Shown: piece after piece, positions 52,411-64,000 of the stretch
How the letters are laid out: each line of letters begins with the position of its first letter
How positions within the stretch are numbered: position 1 is the stretch's first letter
From: Octopus vulgaris
Lineage: Eukaryota
Length of the DNA stretch: 64,000 bases
Reading direction: 5' to 3'
Assembly: GCA_951406725.2 (NCBI GenBank)
Contig: OX597821.1
Span: 14,260,001-14,324,000, forward strand
Program-made: the position numbers and the translations under genes
The notes under the pieces: model-generated
The model's database searches: none
The model's input: the letters and a program-made list of their open reading frames with translations, nothing else
What the model was told of the DNA's origin: nothing

Positions 52411-55400
52411 CTGTAATGAAATGGATAACAGAAATCATTTTTAAATAGCATGAAAGGCTTAAAATCATTCCACAGAAATACAGAAAACAATAAACAATTT
52501 TTAATTTAAGATATAAAGCAGTTACATATTTTTCCAGAAAATGAGAAAGAAAGCAATATTGCTCTAGACATAAACAAAATTATATTCAATGGTTATACAT
52601 TTTCTACAACAAAACTTCTAACTAGTTGGTTCCAAATTTACCGCACTTCCAAATTATCACTCATTGTTTCTTTCTAGTCCATAGTAATCAACTTTAAAAC
52701 AAAAATCAGTTAATGCTGTTGTATGTACCCTCACGAGGAATTTGAAGATGAATGCAAAAATCTTCTCTGTGTTCAGCTCTCAACACCAGAGATAAAGACA
52801 CCTCTGAAAGGGGAGGGGGGCCTGCCACATCAAAACGGTAGCAGAGTAGGGGCTGTAACTGGACGTGGTTCCTCCTGATGATGTCTTGAGCTAACTGGAT
52901 CCTATAAAGGAGCTGTTGTGGTAGCAGACCACGAAACATGGTTGAAATTCAAGCTACTCTTCTCAGCTGTTGGAACCAGTTAAGCCTTTACCATTCACAT
53001 TACTATGTCAAATGTAATGTTTATTTATTCACATTGTTTTCTCCTAATCATTTATCATCTTGTAATGTTGAGATTTTGGTGATGGGATTGCATATTTTCA
53101 AAATTACATTGTAGGGTAGGTATGAAGGATAGAATATGATCAGTTTGAATGTTTGATAAATACAGTATTTGGGCTGGGTATGGTCAGATTAAATGCTAAA
53201 AGGTTAAATGGCATAGCTGTACAATCACAGAGGCATAACCTTATAGCATCATTTGCTTGTCTCCAAAATTGACTGGTTTGAGAGCGACGGAAATAATTTT
53301 AAAATGGTTTTACCCTTTTGTAACCATATTTCTGTTGAAATATACTGCCACTGTTTCAATTAATTCTGATAATGATAAATAATCTAGTAAAATAACTTGT
53401 CATTAATCAAATTGGTATTTGAAATAAATTTACTTGAAACTTTTATGCAAGGTTTTAATTTAGATTCTTTTGAAATAGAAAGTTTGTGTCACCGAATAAT
53501 CTCAAGCAGGTTGGTATCTAAAATATTAAAAAGGCTAGCGAGGTTGGAAGTGCAGTTTATTTCCAAGGATCCACTAATAGGAACATGTAATTCATAGAGG
53601 CTTCAAAAATATTTAACAAGAGAAACATTTATCTGTCCTTCTCTCTGCCTTCTTTTTCTTCTTTACAGTTTTTGTGTCATTGTTTTAATTTATTCTTTAT
53701 ATATTTTCCTCACTCCTTCATGACTCACCAACTTCATACCAACATTTAAATTGAGTGAATAAATAAAACAAATCAACATAAAAATATGTGCCTGTGTTTG
53801 TGTGGGTGTAGAAATTTGAAGAAAGAAACACTCGTTACATATAGAAGAGGTTGTGTGGGACCTTTTTTATTATTTTCTAGGCTTCTGTCAGATTTAATGC
53901 AACATAAGTTTGAGCCCACAAGTTTACATTTTCTCTGATTCTTTAATACTGTGATAGAAAATAAACTTTAGTATGAAAATTTAGTTTCAATCCAGGTACT
54001 AATGGATAACTTGATGCATGTTCATGAGTCTTGAACTTAACTGTACTCAAGTGATTAACATTTCCACATGATGCTTGATCATTTGAGCAGAACTTGAACA
54101 TGTCTTTGAAAATGAAATTATATTTTACGCAGTTTCTCAATGAGAGATTAGAGAGTTCTGGCATCTTGTCATTTGATAGTTCTCAGCACAAGATATTATT
54201 TGTAAATTTATCTCATCCACCTTATAAATAGATTAGATAAATCTCATTCATTTACAACCAACTGAGCCAAATACATCATAGGAGTAGTTAGTAGTCATTA
54301 GAGTTCTTCAGAGTAATGTCTTCTGGAAAACTCCAACACTTGGACTATTTGTCTTACCATGTTTTCCATAGAACACATTTTTATAATGGAAAACATTCAG
54401 CTCATTTTGGATGAAGACTTTGTTACCTTTCCAGGTTTTGTTATCATAAAGTGAGTGAATTGTGATACAAACCATCTAAATAGGAATATTATTATGAGAT
54501 ACAAGCAACTAATAAAGTGAATTATTTTGTATAATTTAATAGTAGCTGAAGCTTTTCAAAATAGTTGGTTTAAGTCAGTATCAAGCGATAACCTACTTGA
54601 GAAAATGAAGTCTAAGTGCATTAAGAATGCTTGGCATTTTCTTACTAAAGAATTATTTAGCGTTCAAGATATTATTTATAAGTGATTGGAAGCAGTGCTG
54701 AATTTAAGGCTCAGGCACATTGCGCAGTTGATCCAAAGTTGGTCTAGAGGCACAATGCTAATCTCATCAGCAGCATCACAGTTTCACATCCGTTTTCCAT
54801 GCTGACCAGCTGAGGAGCTGTCTAGACTCCAGTTGTTGGTTGTGGCATGGTTTCTACAATTGGATGCCCTTCTTAATGCCAGCTGCTTTACAGAGTGTGC
54901 TGAGTGCTTTTTACATGCTACTGGAATGTGTGCATTTGTGCAACACCACCGCAAGTGCATTTTATGTGGTACTGGCACCCGTAAAGGACATGCCTGTATG
55001 TAAGATAACTATGGTTTTACTTAGCTTGACTCATCCTTAAGTACAGCAAACTGCTACATCTCCCTGTCCCTTGTCAATTTCTCAGTGACGCCCAGCATCT
55101 GAAGATCCTTTCTCATCACTTTATCCCATGTCTTCCTGGGTCTACCCTTCCACAGGTTCTCTCCACAATTTATGTATACTAATCTACAATCCCCAAGCAT
55201 TGCTCTGCCCAGGGGTTTATAATTCTATAAAAACAGCCCTGATTGGAGGTTATTAGCTTTTTGAAAGATCAATATGGTCAACAAAATGCACAACACCTAT
55301 GTGCACAGACTAACAAGAGACGTCTATGTGGTTGCTGGATTGCTAGAAACAACTGCTAAATCTCCTGAAGATAGTACTCTATCAGTTTCATAAATCCTGA

Positions 55401-55817
55401 TATACCAAGAATATTGGATGGCCATGGCTGGAACACATCTTGTTGTAGATCTTTTTGATTGGGGCTAAACAATAGCAGCAACGACTTCCAGTCTTGAAGA
55501 GCCTGCAAAGATCATGGGCACTGCCCCTTTTCCAGACTCAAACAAGTAAAAGAAACGATGTGACTTTCCTTTAAACTTTGTATGTATGTATGCAAATGCA
55601 AGCATACATTGTATATATGATTATCTAAATACATATACATGAACACAATCGTGTATATATATATGTATATGCATACATACAAATGTACATTTACACATTC
55701 ACACACATGAGTATACTATATGCATATTCATGTAAGGTGTGCACACATATATATACACACAAACATGAATGCATTTCCATACAAATATACATGCACAAGC
55801 ATGCATACATATATTAG

Positions 55818-55852
<35 letters not shown>

Positions 55853-55973
55853 AGGCAGTGCTCCAGCATGGCCACAGTCACATGACTGAAACAGGTAAAA
55901 GAGTAAAAGAATATATATATATATATCTTTATATATCTATGTATATATATACATATATATGTATATATCTTTA

Positions 55974-56024
<51 letters not shown>

Positions 56025-56111
56025 AATAAAGATAATATTGATATTTAAATATCGATCTTATCAAGTGGCCAGCATGGGAATAAATACCATACAAAGGTAA
56101 TAATTATGTAA

Positions 56112-56291
56112 AACTACAAATTAGGGTATCTGAGAGATTCCACCATGCTGAAATTGCAGTCAAAACCCTGACCCTAAAGCCACATTAAATGTTCATATAG
56201 CGCTATATGAACTTTTAAGGTGGCTTTAGGGTCAGGGTTTTGACTGCTATTTCAGCATGGTGGAATCTCTCAGATACCCTAATTTATAGTT
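56112..56291. repeat. 180-bp near-perfect palindrome with no spacer
   Basis: 90-bp arms centred on agc|gct (56201/56202); 4 mismatches by manual comparison. Confidence 0.95.
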
Positions 56292-56417
56292 ATAAATAAT
56301 GTATATATATATATATATATATTGGTAAAAATGGTAAGATAACAAAAGAAATATATATATATGTAAATAGAGGAATTTATCAGCAAATGTAATATGTGAC
56401 AATTATTTGGTAGCCAA

Positions 56418-56478
56418 GATAAAACTCTGAATTTCGGATGCTGAGGTGGCAATCCACACCACCATCTCTTCAGTTATC
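56418..56478 (-). ncRNA. Type I hammerhead-ribozyme-like motif
   Basis: Minus strand GATAA CTGAAGA gatggtggtgtggattgccacctcagcatcc GAAA ttcagagtt TTATC. Intact core boxes, 5-bp stem I GATAA/TTATC, extended imperfect stem II. Confidence 0.55.
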
Positions 56479-56828
56479 TGGCCATCGGAAAAACATGTAT
56501 GTACTGTCATTGATCATTCTTGTTTGAAGCTGCTATGAGACATTAGCTATAACCATAATTTTCATTTGATCATGGATCTACCTAAAGCTCTCCTTTTTGA
56601 CTCTGAACCTTCCCTCATTCTCGGCAAACTGGAATACACTAATATCTTCAACTGGAGACTTTCCCTCGCTTTTACATCCCTCTGACTTCTCCCTCCTTGA
56701 TGGCAGAATACTCAGCCTATTGAATCCTTACTCAATATGAAGATCAACACACTTGATCATTCTAGAAACAGATGTAAGAGACCCTGTATACTCATTCTCA
56801 CTCAAAAACAAAAAACAAAAGACACCAA

Positions 56829-57242
56829 TACTCTTTTACTCTTTTACTTGTTTCAGTCATTTGACTGCAGCCATGCTGGAGCACCGCCTTTAGTCGAGCA
56901 AATCGACCCCGGGACTTATTATTTGTAAGCCCAGTACTTATTCTATCGGTCTCTTTTGCCGAACCGCTAAGTGACGGGGACGTAAACACACCAGCATCGG
57001 TTGTCAAGCAATGCTAGGGGAACAAACACAGACACACAAACACACACACATACATGCATATATATATATACATATATACGACAGGCTTCTTTCAGTTTCC
57101 GTCTACCAAATCCACTCACAAGGCTTTGGTCAGCCCGAGGCTATAGCAGAAGACACTTGCTCAAGATGCCACACAGTGGGACTGAACCCGGAACCATGTG
57201 GCTGGTAAGCAAGCTACTTACCACACAGCCACTCCTGCGCCT
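56829..57242 (-). mobile_element. SINE family A
   Basis: Full-length match. Confidence 0.9.
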
Positions 57243-57519
57243 TATATTCTCTATCTGAATTAAATGTCTTTTCAAGTTTTCATTTTTACTTTAATCTTTA
57301 CATACACATTCACACACTGAGATACTTGTTTCCCCAACTATGTGTTACTTTAAAGGCCCTGTTTTCTGCTACTTTTAGCTTTCTTAGTCAGTATTGTAAG
57401 ATTATAGTTGCCGTTAGTGTAGTTGCTGTTTAACAGAAACCATTGCAAGTTAGTTACTGGAGTGAATGGATAACAAGATAACAAGAAATAAGTTTCAGAT
57501 GGTTATCTTTGTTTTGTGT

Positions 57520-57965
57520 TACTTTTCCTTGTTATATGTTTTAGTCAATGGACTGTAGCCATGCTGGGGTACCATCTTGAGGATGTTTTGTTAAACAAAT
57601 TTACCCCAGGTACTTACCATTTTTAAGTCTGGTACTTAATCTATTGATTTCTTTTTTTGCCAAATTCCTAAGTTATGGGGACGTAAACAAACCAACACTG
57701 GTTCTGAAGCAGTGGTAAGGGAAAAACACAAACATCCCCCCCCCCCGCATGCGTGTGTGAGTGTGTCTTTGTGTCTGTGTTTGTCTCCAACCATTGCTTG
57801 ACAACAATTGTTGATGTGTTTATATCCCCATAACTTAGCAGTTCAGCAAAAGAGACCTATAAAATAAGCACCGGGTCTAAAAAATATGTTCTGGGGTCGA
57901 TTCCTCTTGAAGGTGGTGCCTCAGCATGGCTGCGGTCTAATGACCAAAACAGGTAGAATAAAAGA
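57520..57965. mobile_element. Two diverged family A 3' halves in inverted orientation
   Basis: Minus-oriented ~57520-57734 and plus-oriented ~57752-57965. Confidence 0.75.
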
Positions 57966-59402
57966 AAATCTTAGGTCACTGGCCTTCATTTGAAGATTAT
58001 AATTGATTGCATTATGAATATGGCAGAAGGCAATGAGAATTCTCTGCAGTGTCTGTATATCTTCAGGTTCTGGCAGGAGGCTCATGATTACAAATGCCAG
58101 TAAATGTGGTACATTAGGAAAGAGATAATTATCAGAAAATTGAAGAAAGGATCTGAATGCGTTTAAAGACTGATGAAGACCTGCTGTGGTAATCATTGCC
58201 AATATCAAATGTTAAAGTAACATTGTGATATTAAGTTTCTTTATAAAAATAAACAACAATCAATAGCCAAATAGATAATTTCATTAAAACTTCATGCATT
58301 AAATAATATGGGGTGAAGATGCATGGACTATTGATTAGGGCTTTGAACTCATGGTCCTGCAATTATGATTTCAATTCCTGGATCAGGCGGTGCATGGTGT
58401 TCTTGAGTAAAACACTTCATATTGCTCCAATCCATCCAAACTTAAATGAATAATCCTGTGATAAAGTGACATCATGTTCAGGGAGGATGTTATGAGTTTC
58501 ATCACTTCTCAATCACAGAAGCTCAGTAATTAGCTGTATGAGTCATTAGATACGAGACAATACTTTACTTCATTAAATAACAGCGAAATTGAAACAGACG
58601 AGATTTAAGTGGAAGTTTTTAGAAGTTTGCCAATTTCCAATTCATAAGTAGTGAATTATCACAATTATTAGAGCACCAGATAAAGTGCCTTGTGGTGTTT
58701 GTTGCAGATCTCAGTGCCTGGGTTTCAAATTCTGAAGTCAGTTTTGTCTTTCATATTTCTGAGAACAATAAATAAAATTGCAGTCAAGTGCTGGACTCAT
58801 TTATGTTTTTCTCTGTTTTTTTTTCCCACTTTCTCTCTCTCTCTCTCTCTCTCTCTTTCATTCTTTCCTTTTCACTTTCTTAACTTTAGTTATGCTGTAC
58901 TGTGGAGGGGGTCAATGGTTAGAGTACTCATAACAAAAGGGTTGAGCAAGAGAGTAGCACACTCACTTCTTAGAAAAAATAGAAAAAAGAAACTGATATA
59001 CTGCAGGATCTGCCCAAGAATTGATTGATATGCAATACAGTAATAACAGAAATAAAAAGAAGAAACTAAAATGAATTTATAGATTAAAATTAGTGTTCAT
59101 GTTGAAAGGTTTTAGGGCAGTGAATTGGCAGAACCACAAAAACATAGGGAAAAAATGCTTTATAGTAATCCTTCCAGCATCTTTTCACACTGAATACAAT
59201 CCTACCAAGGTCAATTTTGAATTTCATCAATAAAATAAAGGACCAGTCAAATACTTAGGCTGATGTAATCAACTAACCCCCTCCACCTAAAGCTGATGGC
59301 TTCATGCCTTAATTGTAAATGACATTTACAAATTTATGCAGAGAAAATTTAATATTCATTTGTAATGAAATTATAATTACATTGATTTGTGATGCAATAA
59401 TA

Positions 59403-59633
59403 TACTCTTTACTCTCTTTTACTCTTTTACTTGTTTCAGTAATTTGACTGCAGCCATGCTGGAGCACCGCCTTTAGTCGAGCAAATCGACCCCAGGACTT
59501 ATTATTTGTAAGCCCAGTACTTATTCTATCGGTCTCTTTTGCCGAACCGCTAAGTGACGGGGACGTAAACACACCAGCATCGGTTGTCAAGCAATGCTAG
59601 GGGAACAAACACAGACACACAAACATATACACT

Positions 59634-59665
<32 letters not shown>

Positions 59666-59838
59666 TACATATATACGACAGGCTTCTTTCAGTTTCCGTC
59701 AACCAAATCCACTCACAAGGCATTGGTTGGCCCGGGGCTATAGCAGAAGACACTTGCCCAAGATGCCATGCAGTGGGACTGAACCCGGAACCATGTGGTT
59801 GGTAAGCAAGCTACTTACCACACAGCCACTCCTACGCC
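59403..59838 (-). mobile_element. SINE family A
   Basis: Full-length match. Confidence 0.9.
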
Positions 59839-59894
59839 TATATATGTATCTTTTCTCTATTTAGTTTGCAAGATTCTAGCTGTATTGAGACAGA

Positions 59895-60172
59895 TTTTGT
59901 TGTATCTTATGAGAGTCATTATGTCAATAATAAATACACACATTGAAACAGATCTGAAGCTGATCTAGAGTAGAGAGGGCATGTTACTGAAGAGGTCCAT
60001 GAATAGTGACAAAAGGACTTCAAGAGGCACAACTGATTGATTGATTGATTGACTGAATGATTAATCAAACAATCAATTAGTTTTTTAAATTCTTAACAAT
60101 AATATAGAAGGGAAATTAAACCAGTGCATGTGTCTATTATTAGCATAATGAACTTCCTGAGATACAACAAAA
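59895..60172. repeat. Short inverted-repeat element; related single arm at ~19640-19780
   Basis: ttttgttgtatc..tcattatg.caataataaa is mirrored at 60121-60172. Confidence 0.7.
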
Positions 60173-60916
60173 TAATGAAATAAAATCATGCTAAAAATAA
60201 AAGTTAAGCCAGATTCTGAATTTCTTGATTTGTTGTGTATCATTCATTAACCTCCTGTAAGAGCCAAACATTTCTTCCTCATAAATACCATGGAGGTGTC
60301 ATCTGTATCATATATTATTCCAGAGCAGATGGTTGCTGGTTATAGCTTCTTGAGAGTGGTTTGTTACGAGGATCATAAGGATTTCACTAAGTTTATAGCT
60401 AGCAATACTGAGGATTAATATAATGGACTCCATCACTTGTTTCTAAAACTCTATATAAAACAATTGATTTTTGGTAGAAATAAATCATACTACAATGTTA
60501 AAAAGTGTCAACAATTTTTTGAATAAATATAATTCAAATGTTTGTCATAATTTTTTGCACATTAAAAACCTCTACTTTTACATGTTCTTATTTTATCAGT
60601 ACTTTTAGGTAGCTGTTCGTTAGTAATCAAACAGCCAATTACACTAAGAGTTGAAAATTTATGTGAATAGTTTTTTTTACAGACAAAAGAAAATAAGAAA
60701 AAATATTGAATGTATGTAATATATTTTTGATGAAAATATACAATCAGCATATGATGGTTTTATTTATTGGTAATTAAGAAAGTAAGCTCTATTAAAAGAA
60801 AAGTTAGAAAAATATTTGAGTATATATGTGTGTGTATGTAAATGAGTGTGTGTGTGTGCATGTGAGTGATTGTTTATATATATATGTTTATATATATATG
60901 TATATATATATATATT

Positions 60917-60956
<40 letters not shown>

Positions 60957-60970
60957 CATATATATATATA

Positions 60971-61265
60971 TATAGTGAATGAGGAAAATAGAAAATAAAG
61001 TTTATGAGAATCTTTATTCATCACAACGATTATTTTGACCCATCCTGCATTGGTTTCCTGTTTCCTTGTGGATGGGATACTGGACAGCTGGTTGTGTTGC
61101 ATTTTGTGGAGCAGAATACACCGGAAGATGCCACACTGGAGTATGCAACATTTATATAAGTATCCGTAAGAGATACTTATATAAATGCAGGATAGGTTAA
61201 AATGATCATTGTGATAAATAAAAATATTTTGTGAACTCTATTTTCTATTTCCCTCATTCATTATA
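60971..61265. repeat. Inverted repeat (60971-61051 / 61184-61265) with an internal perfect 16-bp hairpin (61149-61187)
   Basis: tatagtgaatgaggaaaatagaaaata...catcctgcatt is mirrored at 61184-61265; inner pair catttatataagtatc/gatacttatataaatg; starts at (TA)n. Confidence 0.85.
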
Positions 61266-61399
61266 AATTCAACGAATACTTCAGAATTCCTGAGGTAGAT
61301 CCAGGGACACTTATATCAAAACTGTGGATGGTATCAGGTAGCTTAAACAGTGAAAGTGCTTTAATCGGCATACTACTAATCATATAGCAAAAATCCAAA

Positions 61400-61441
<42 letters not shown>

Positions 61442-61544
61442 CATATATAGGCATACATTTATACATCATAAATGCATGTATATATATATATATATGTATG
61501 TATATAATCTCCCTGGATCTTACATTTATACATATATGTAATAT

Positions 61545-61608
<64 letters not shown>

Positions 61609-62781
61609 TATTATATTACAATATATTATACTATATTATATTAAGTTTGACAACTTTGTCTATTTACAAAATAACAGGAGACTAGAAATAATTATGCAAG
61701 AAATGTATGTTTTACTATAACTGAATATATTCATACGAGTTAAAAAAAAAATTTTAAATGTGCTTTACTCTACATTCTAACAATTGTTTATTTTAAAAGC
61801 TTCTTACAAAGAGTAATATCTGACATTATATATATGTATAAAGCAATAAATTAATAGGCTTTCTATAACATTCGAAATTCATATGAGGGCTTCATTTGAA
61901 GCTCACATAACACCAAGTCTAGTAAAATGTCGTGTATAAATGCTTGGTTACTTTTGCTTTAATATGTATGAGAAACACCAACATAAATGTTGAGGTTCCA
62001 TAGAAGAAAAATGAAAAAAAATTCTTAAATATGTGATATCAATTCAATCTGCTTTAGGGAACATTTAATTTTATTAAGAGGAAGTGTTGGTAATGTTAAT
62101 CAGTGTTGATAATAATATGAGACAAATGGATAACATTCGGAAAACTTAGCAAACTTCGTTAACATTAACCAAGCCAAAAATTGAAACTTGAAGTGAGATA
62201 TGTTCCTGCAACAAGTCTAGGAAAAACAATTTGTCCAAACTGTGCCAGTATGGAAAGCAGATGTGAAATGATGATGATGATGATGAAGACAATATTGACA
62301 GTAATGATGAAGGTGATAACAATGAGTGACATGATGATGATGATGATGATGATGGTAACAGTAATTATGTTGCTTATGATGATGATGACAATCGTGATGA
62401 CGATGATATCTTCTTAAAAAGAAGAATTTGCTTTTTTACATTAGACGTCTTGTGTTTTTATGTACCGTTAATCTCATTTAGTCACCCTTGCCTCAAACAT
62501 ATTTTACCAACAGATAATTTTGAAAATATTTCTAAATGGCAGTGCCCCAGCATGGCCACAGCTCATTAGCTGAAACTGGAAAAATCAAAAAAATCAAAAA
62601 TCATATACTCAAATATATTTTTTTTAAAGGCTTAAACGAAAAAATTTGTACAATAGCTTTTGAATCTAAGTTTCTAAAATTTTTCCTAATTTGCATTTTC
62701 AGTATCAGTCAAAGCTAAAAGATAACACACACACACACATACATACACACACACATACACACACACACACATTTATATATA

Positions 62782-63184
62782 CGTGAGGGTGGGATGAAAA
62801 GTTCATAGGCTTATTATGAAGGAGAGATACTAGAGCTGTGAAATCTTGCATGCGTTAATTTCAACCCTTTTTAATAATAACTGCATTGTTTCTTTGAAGA
62901 TAAACTGACATTTGACTGTTCAAAGAAGACTTCAAAAGTAACTAGTAGTGACTTCTCTTGAAAATGGACAGAATTTGCCATTGTGTTGACATGTCTCCTA
63001 CATTATGAGATGATACTCCAGCTTTATCAACAGTGGGTAGCTGAATTTAGGAATGGATGGGAGAATCTTGAACTGGTTGATCATCTTCCCTGTTCTTCTG
63101 ATTTGGTCCCATTTGACAAGCATTTGTTCCCAAAGATGAAAATATTCTTGGGCAGGAACCAGTATTGCAGTAATGAAGATGTCA
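62782..63184 (+). mobile_element. Degenerate, internally deleted mariner transposon
   Basis: Mariner-like TIR (gagggtgggatgaaaagtt). Translation HLPCSSDLVPFDKHLFPKMK matches the YSPDLAPxD motif; WVAEFRNG upstream. Confidence 0.8.
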
Positions 63185-63741
63185 TCTCTATATCTATAAA
63201 AAGCAAAATGTCTGTGTATCTGGGTGCCCTTTATACAAATCCACAGTTTTTCATGTAAAGGGCTTGAATTTTCTATGGGCTTTCAAAACTGTCTGAGGGT
63301 GGTTGTGAAAATCTTTTCATTTCCCCAGTCACCCCAGAAAGCCATTAAAAAAATCAATAAACTGACCCCTTATGCTCATAAATTATGGGCATATCCATTC
63401 AAAATCGCCAGAACAGGAATTTGTATGTGGTGCGTGCATACAGCTAGATACGCCAATAGACTGCCAGCTGTTTTTTGATTGGACGGAGATAGTTTTACCC
63501 TTGACAGTTGAATGCACGTGCGCATTTGCAGACAGTTTGTATGACTCAGTGCATTTTTGTGTTTTGTGAAGATGTGTTATCATGTGTTTTGGCTTTCAAA
63601 CGTGCACACTTTTTTGATTTGAGAAATGCAGGGAATAATTAACGAGCTAGACCAAGTGAATGACAAGAGAGCGGGATTTTCATGAAAGACCAGATATGCT
63701 TGACTAACACTAGACCCGGCAACACCGGGTCATAGTGCTAG
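63185..63741 (+). mobile_element. Non-autonomous Helitron, family 2, inserted in a mariner relic
   Basis: a|TCTCTATATCTATAAAAAG ... hairpin GACCCGG-caaca-CCGGGTC ..tgCTAG|t. Confidence 0.8.
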
Positions 63742-63751
63742 TATCTACTAT

Positions 63752-64000
63752 TACTCTTTACTCTTTTTACTCTTACTTGTTTCAGTCATTTGACTGTGGC
63801 CATGCTGGAGCACCGCCTTCAGTCGAGCAACTCGACCCCAGGACTTATTCTTTTTGTAAGCCCAGTACTTATTCTATCGGTCTCTTTTGCCGAAACCGCT
63901 AAGTTATGGGGACGTAAACACACCAGCATCGGTTGTCAAGCGATGTTCTGGGGACAAACACAGACAGACACACACACATATATATATACATATATACGAC
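63752..64000 (-). mobile_element. SINE family A, cut by the window edge
   Basis: 3' half match. Confidence 0.9.

Noticed and set aside
61021-61140. Possible upstream exon of the channel
   Set aside because: Lies inside an inverted-repeat element, weak splice sites, no channel-like sequence.

Overview
AT-rich, microsatellite- and SINE-dense eukaryotic DNA. The SINE, R4/Dong, RTE, Helitron and Penelope-like repeat content resembles an octopus (coleoid cephalopod) genome; this is recognition from memory, not a search result. One convincing host coding exon lies on the minus strand (52410-51666, good acceptor and GTGAGT donor). It looks like the cytoplasmic C-terminus of a Shab/Kv2-type K+ channel and carries a phospho-FFAT-like motif. 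A phase-compatible candidate last exon, absent from the ORF track, lies 42.4 kb downstream (9245-9118) and is followed by a TE-poor region that may be a long 3' UTR. The remainder is probably intron. It holds three modular tRNA-SINE groups, six non-autonomous Helitrons (one with its empty site preserved in a local inverted duplication), a (TAA)n-associated cluster of R4/Dong retroelements with triple nesting, and mariner/Tigger, RTE and L1/Tx1 relics. The most unusual signal is a set of (TA)n-associated, non-coding, often fold-back elements carrying minimal hammerhead-ribozyme-like motifs; the best three are on the same strand as the channel pre-mRNA. Almost all other listed ORFs are microsatellite or SINE artefacts.
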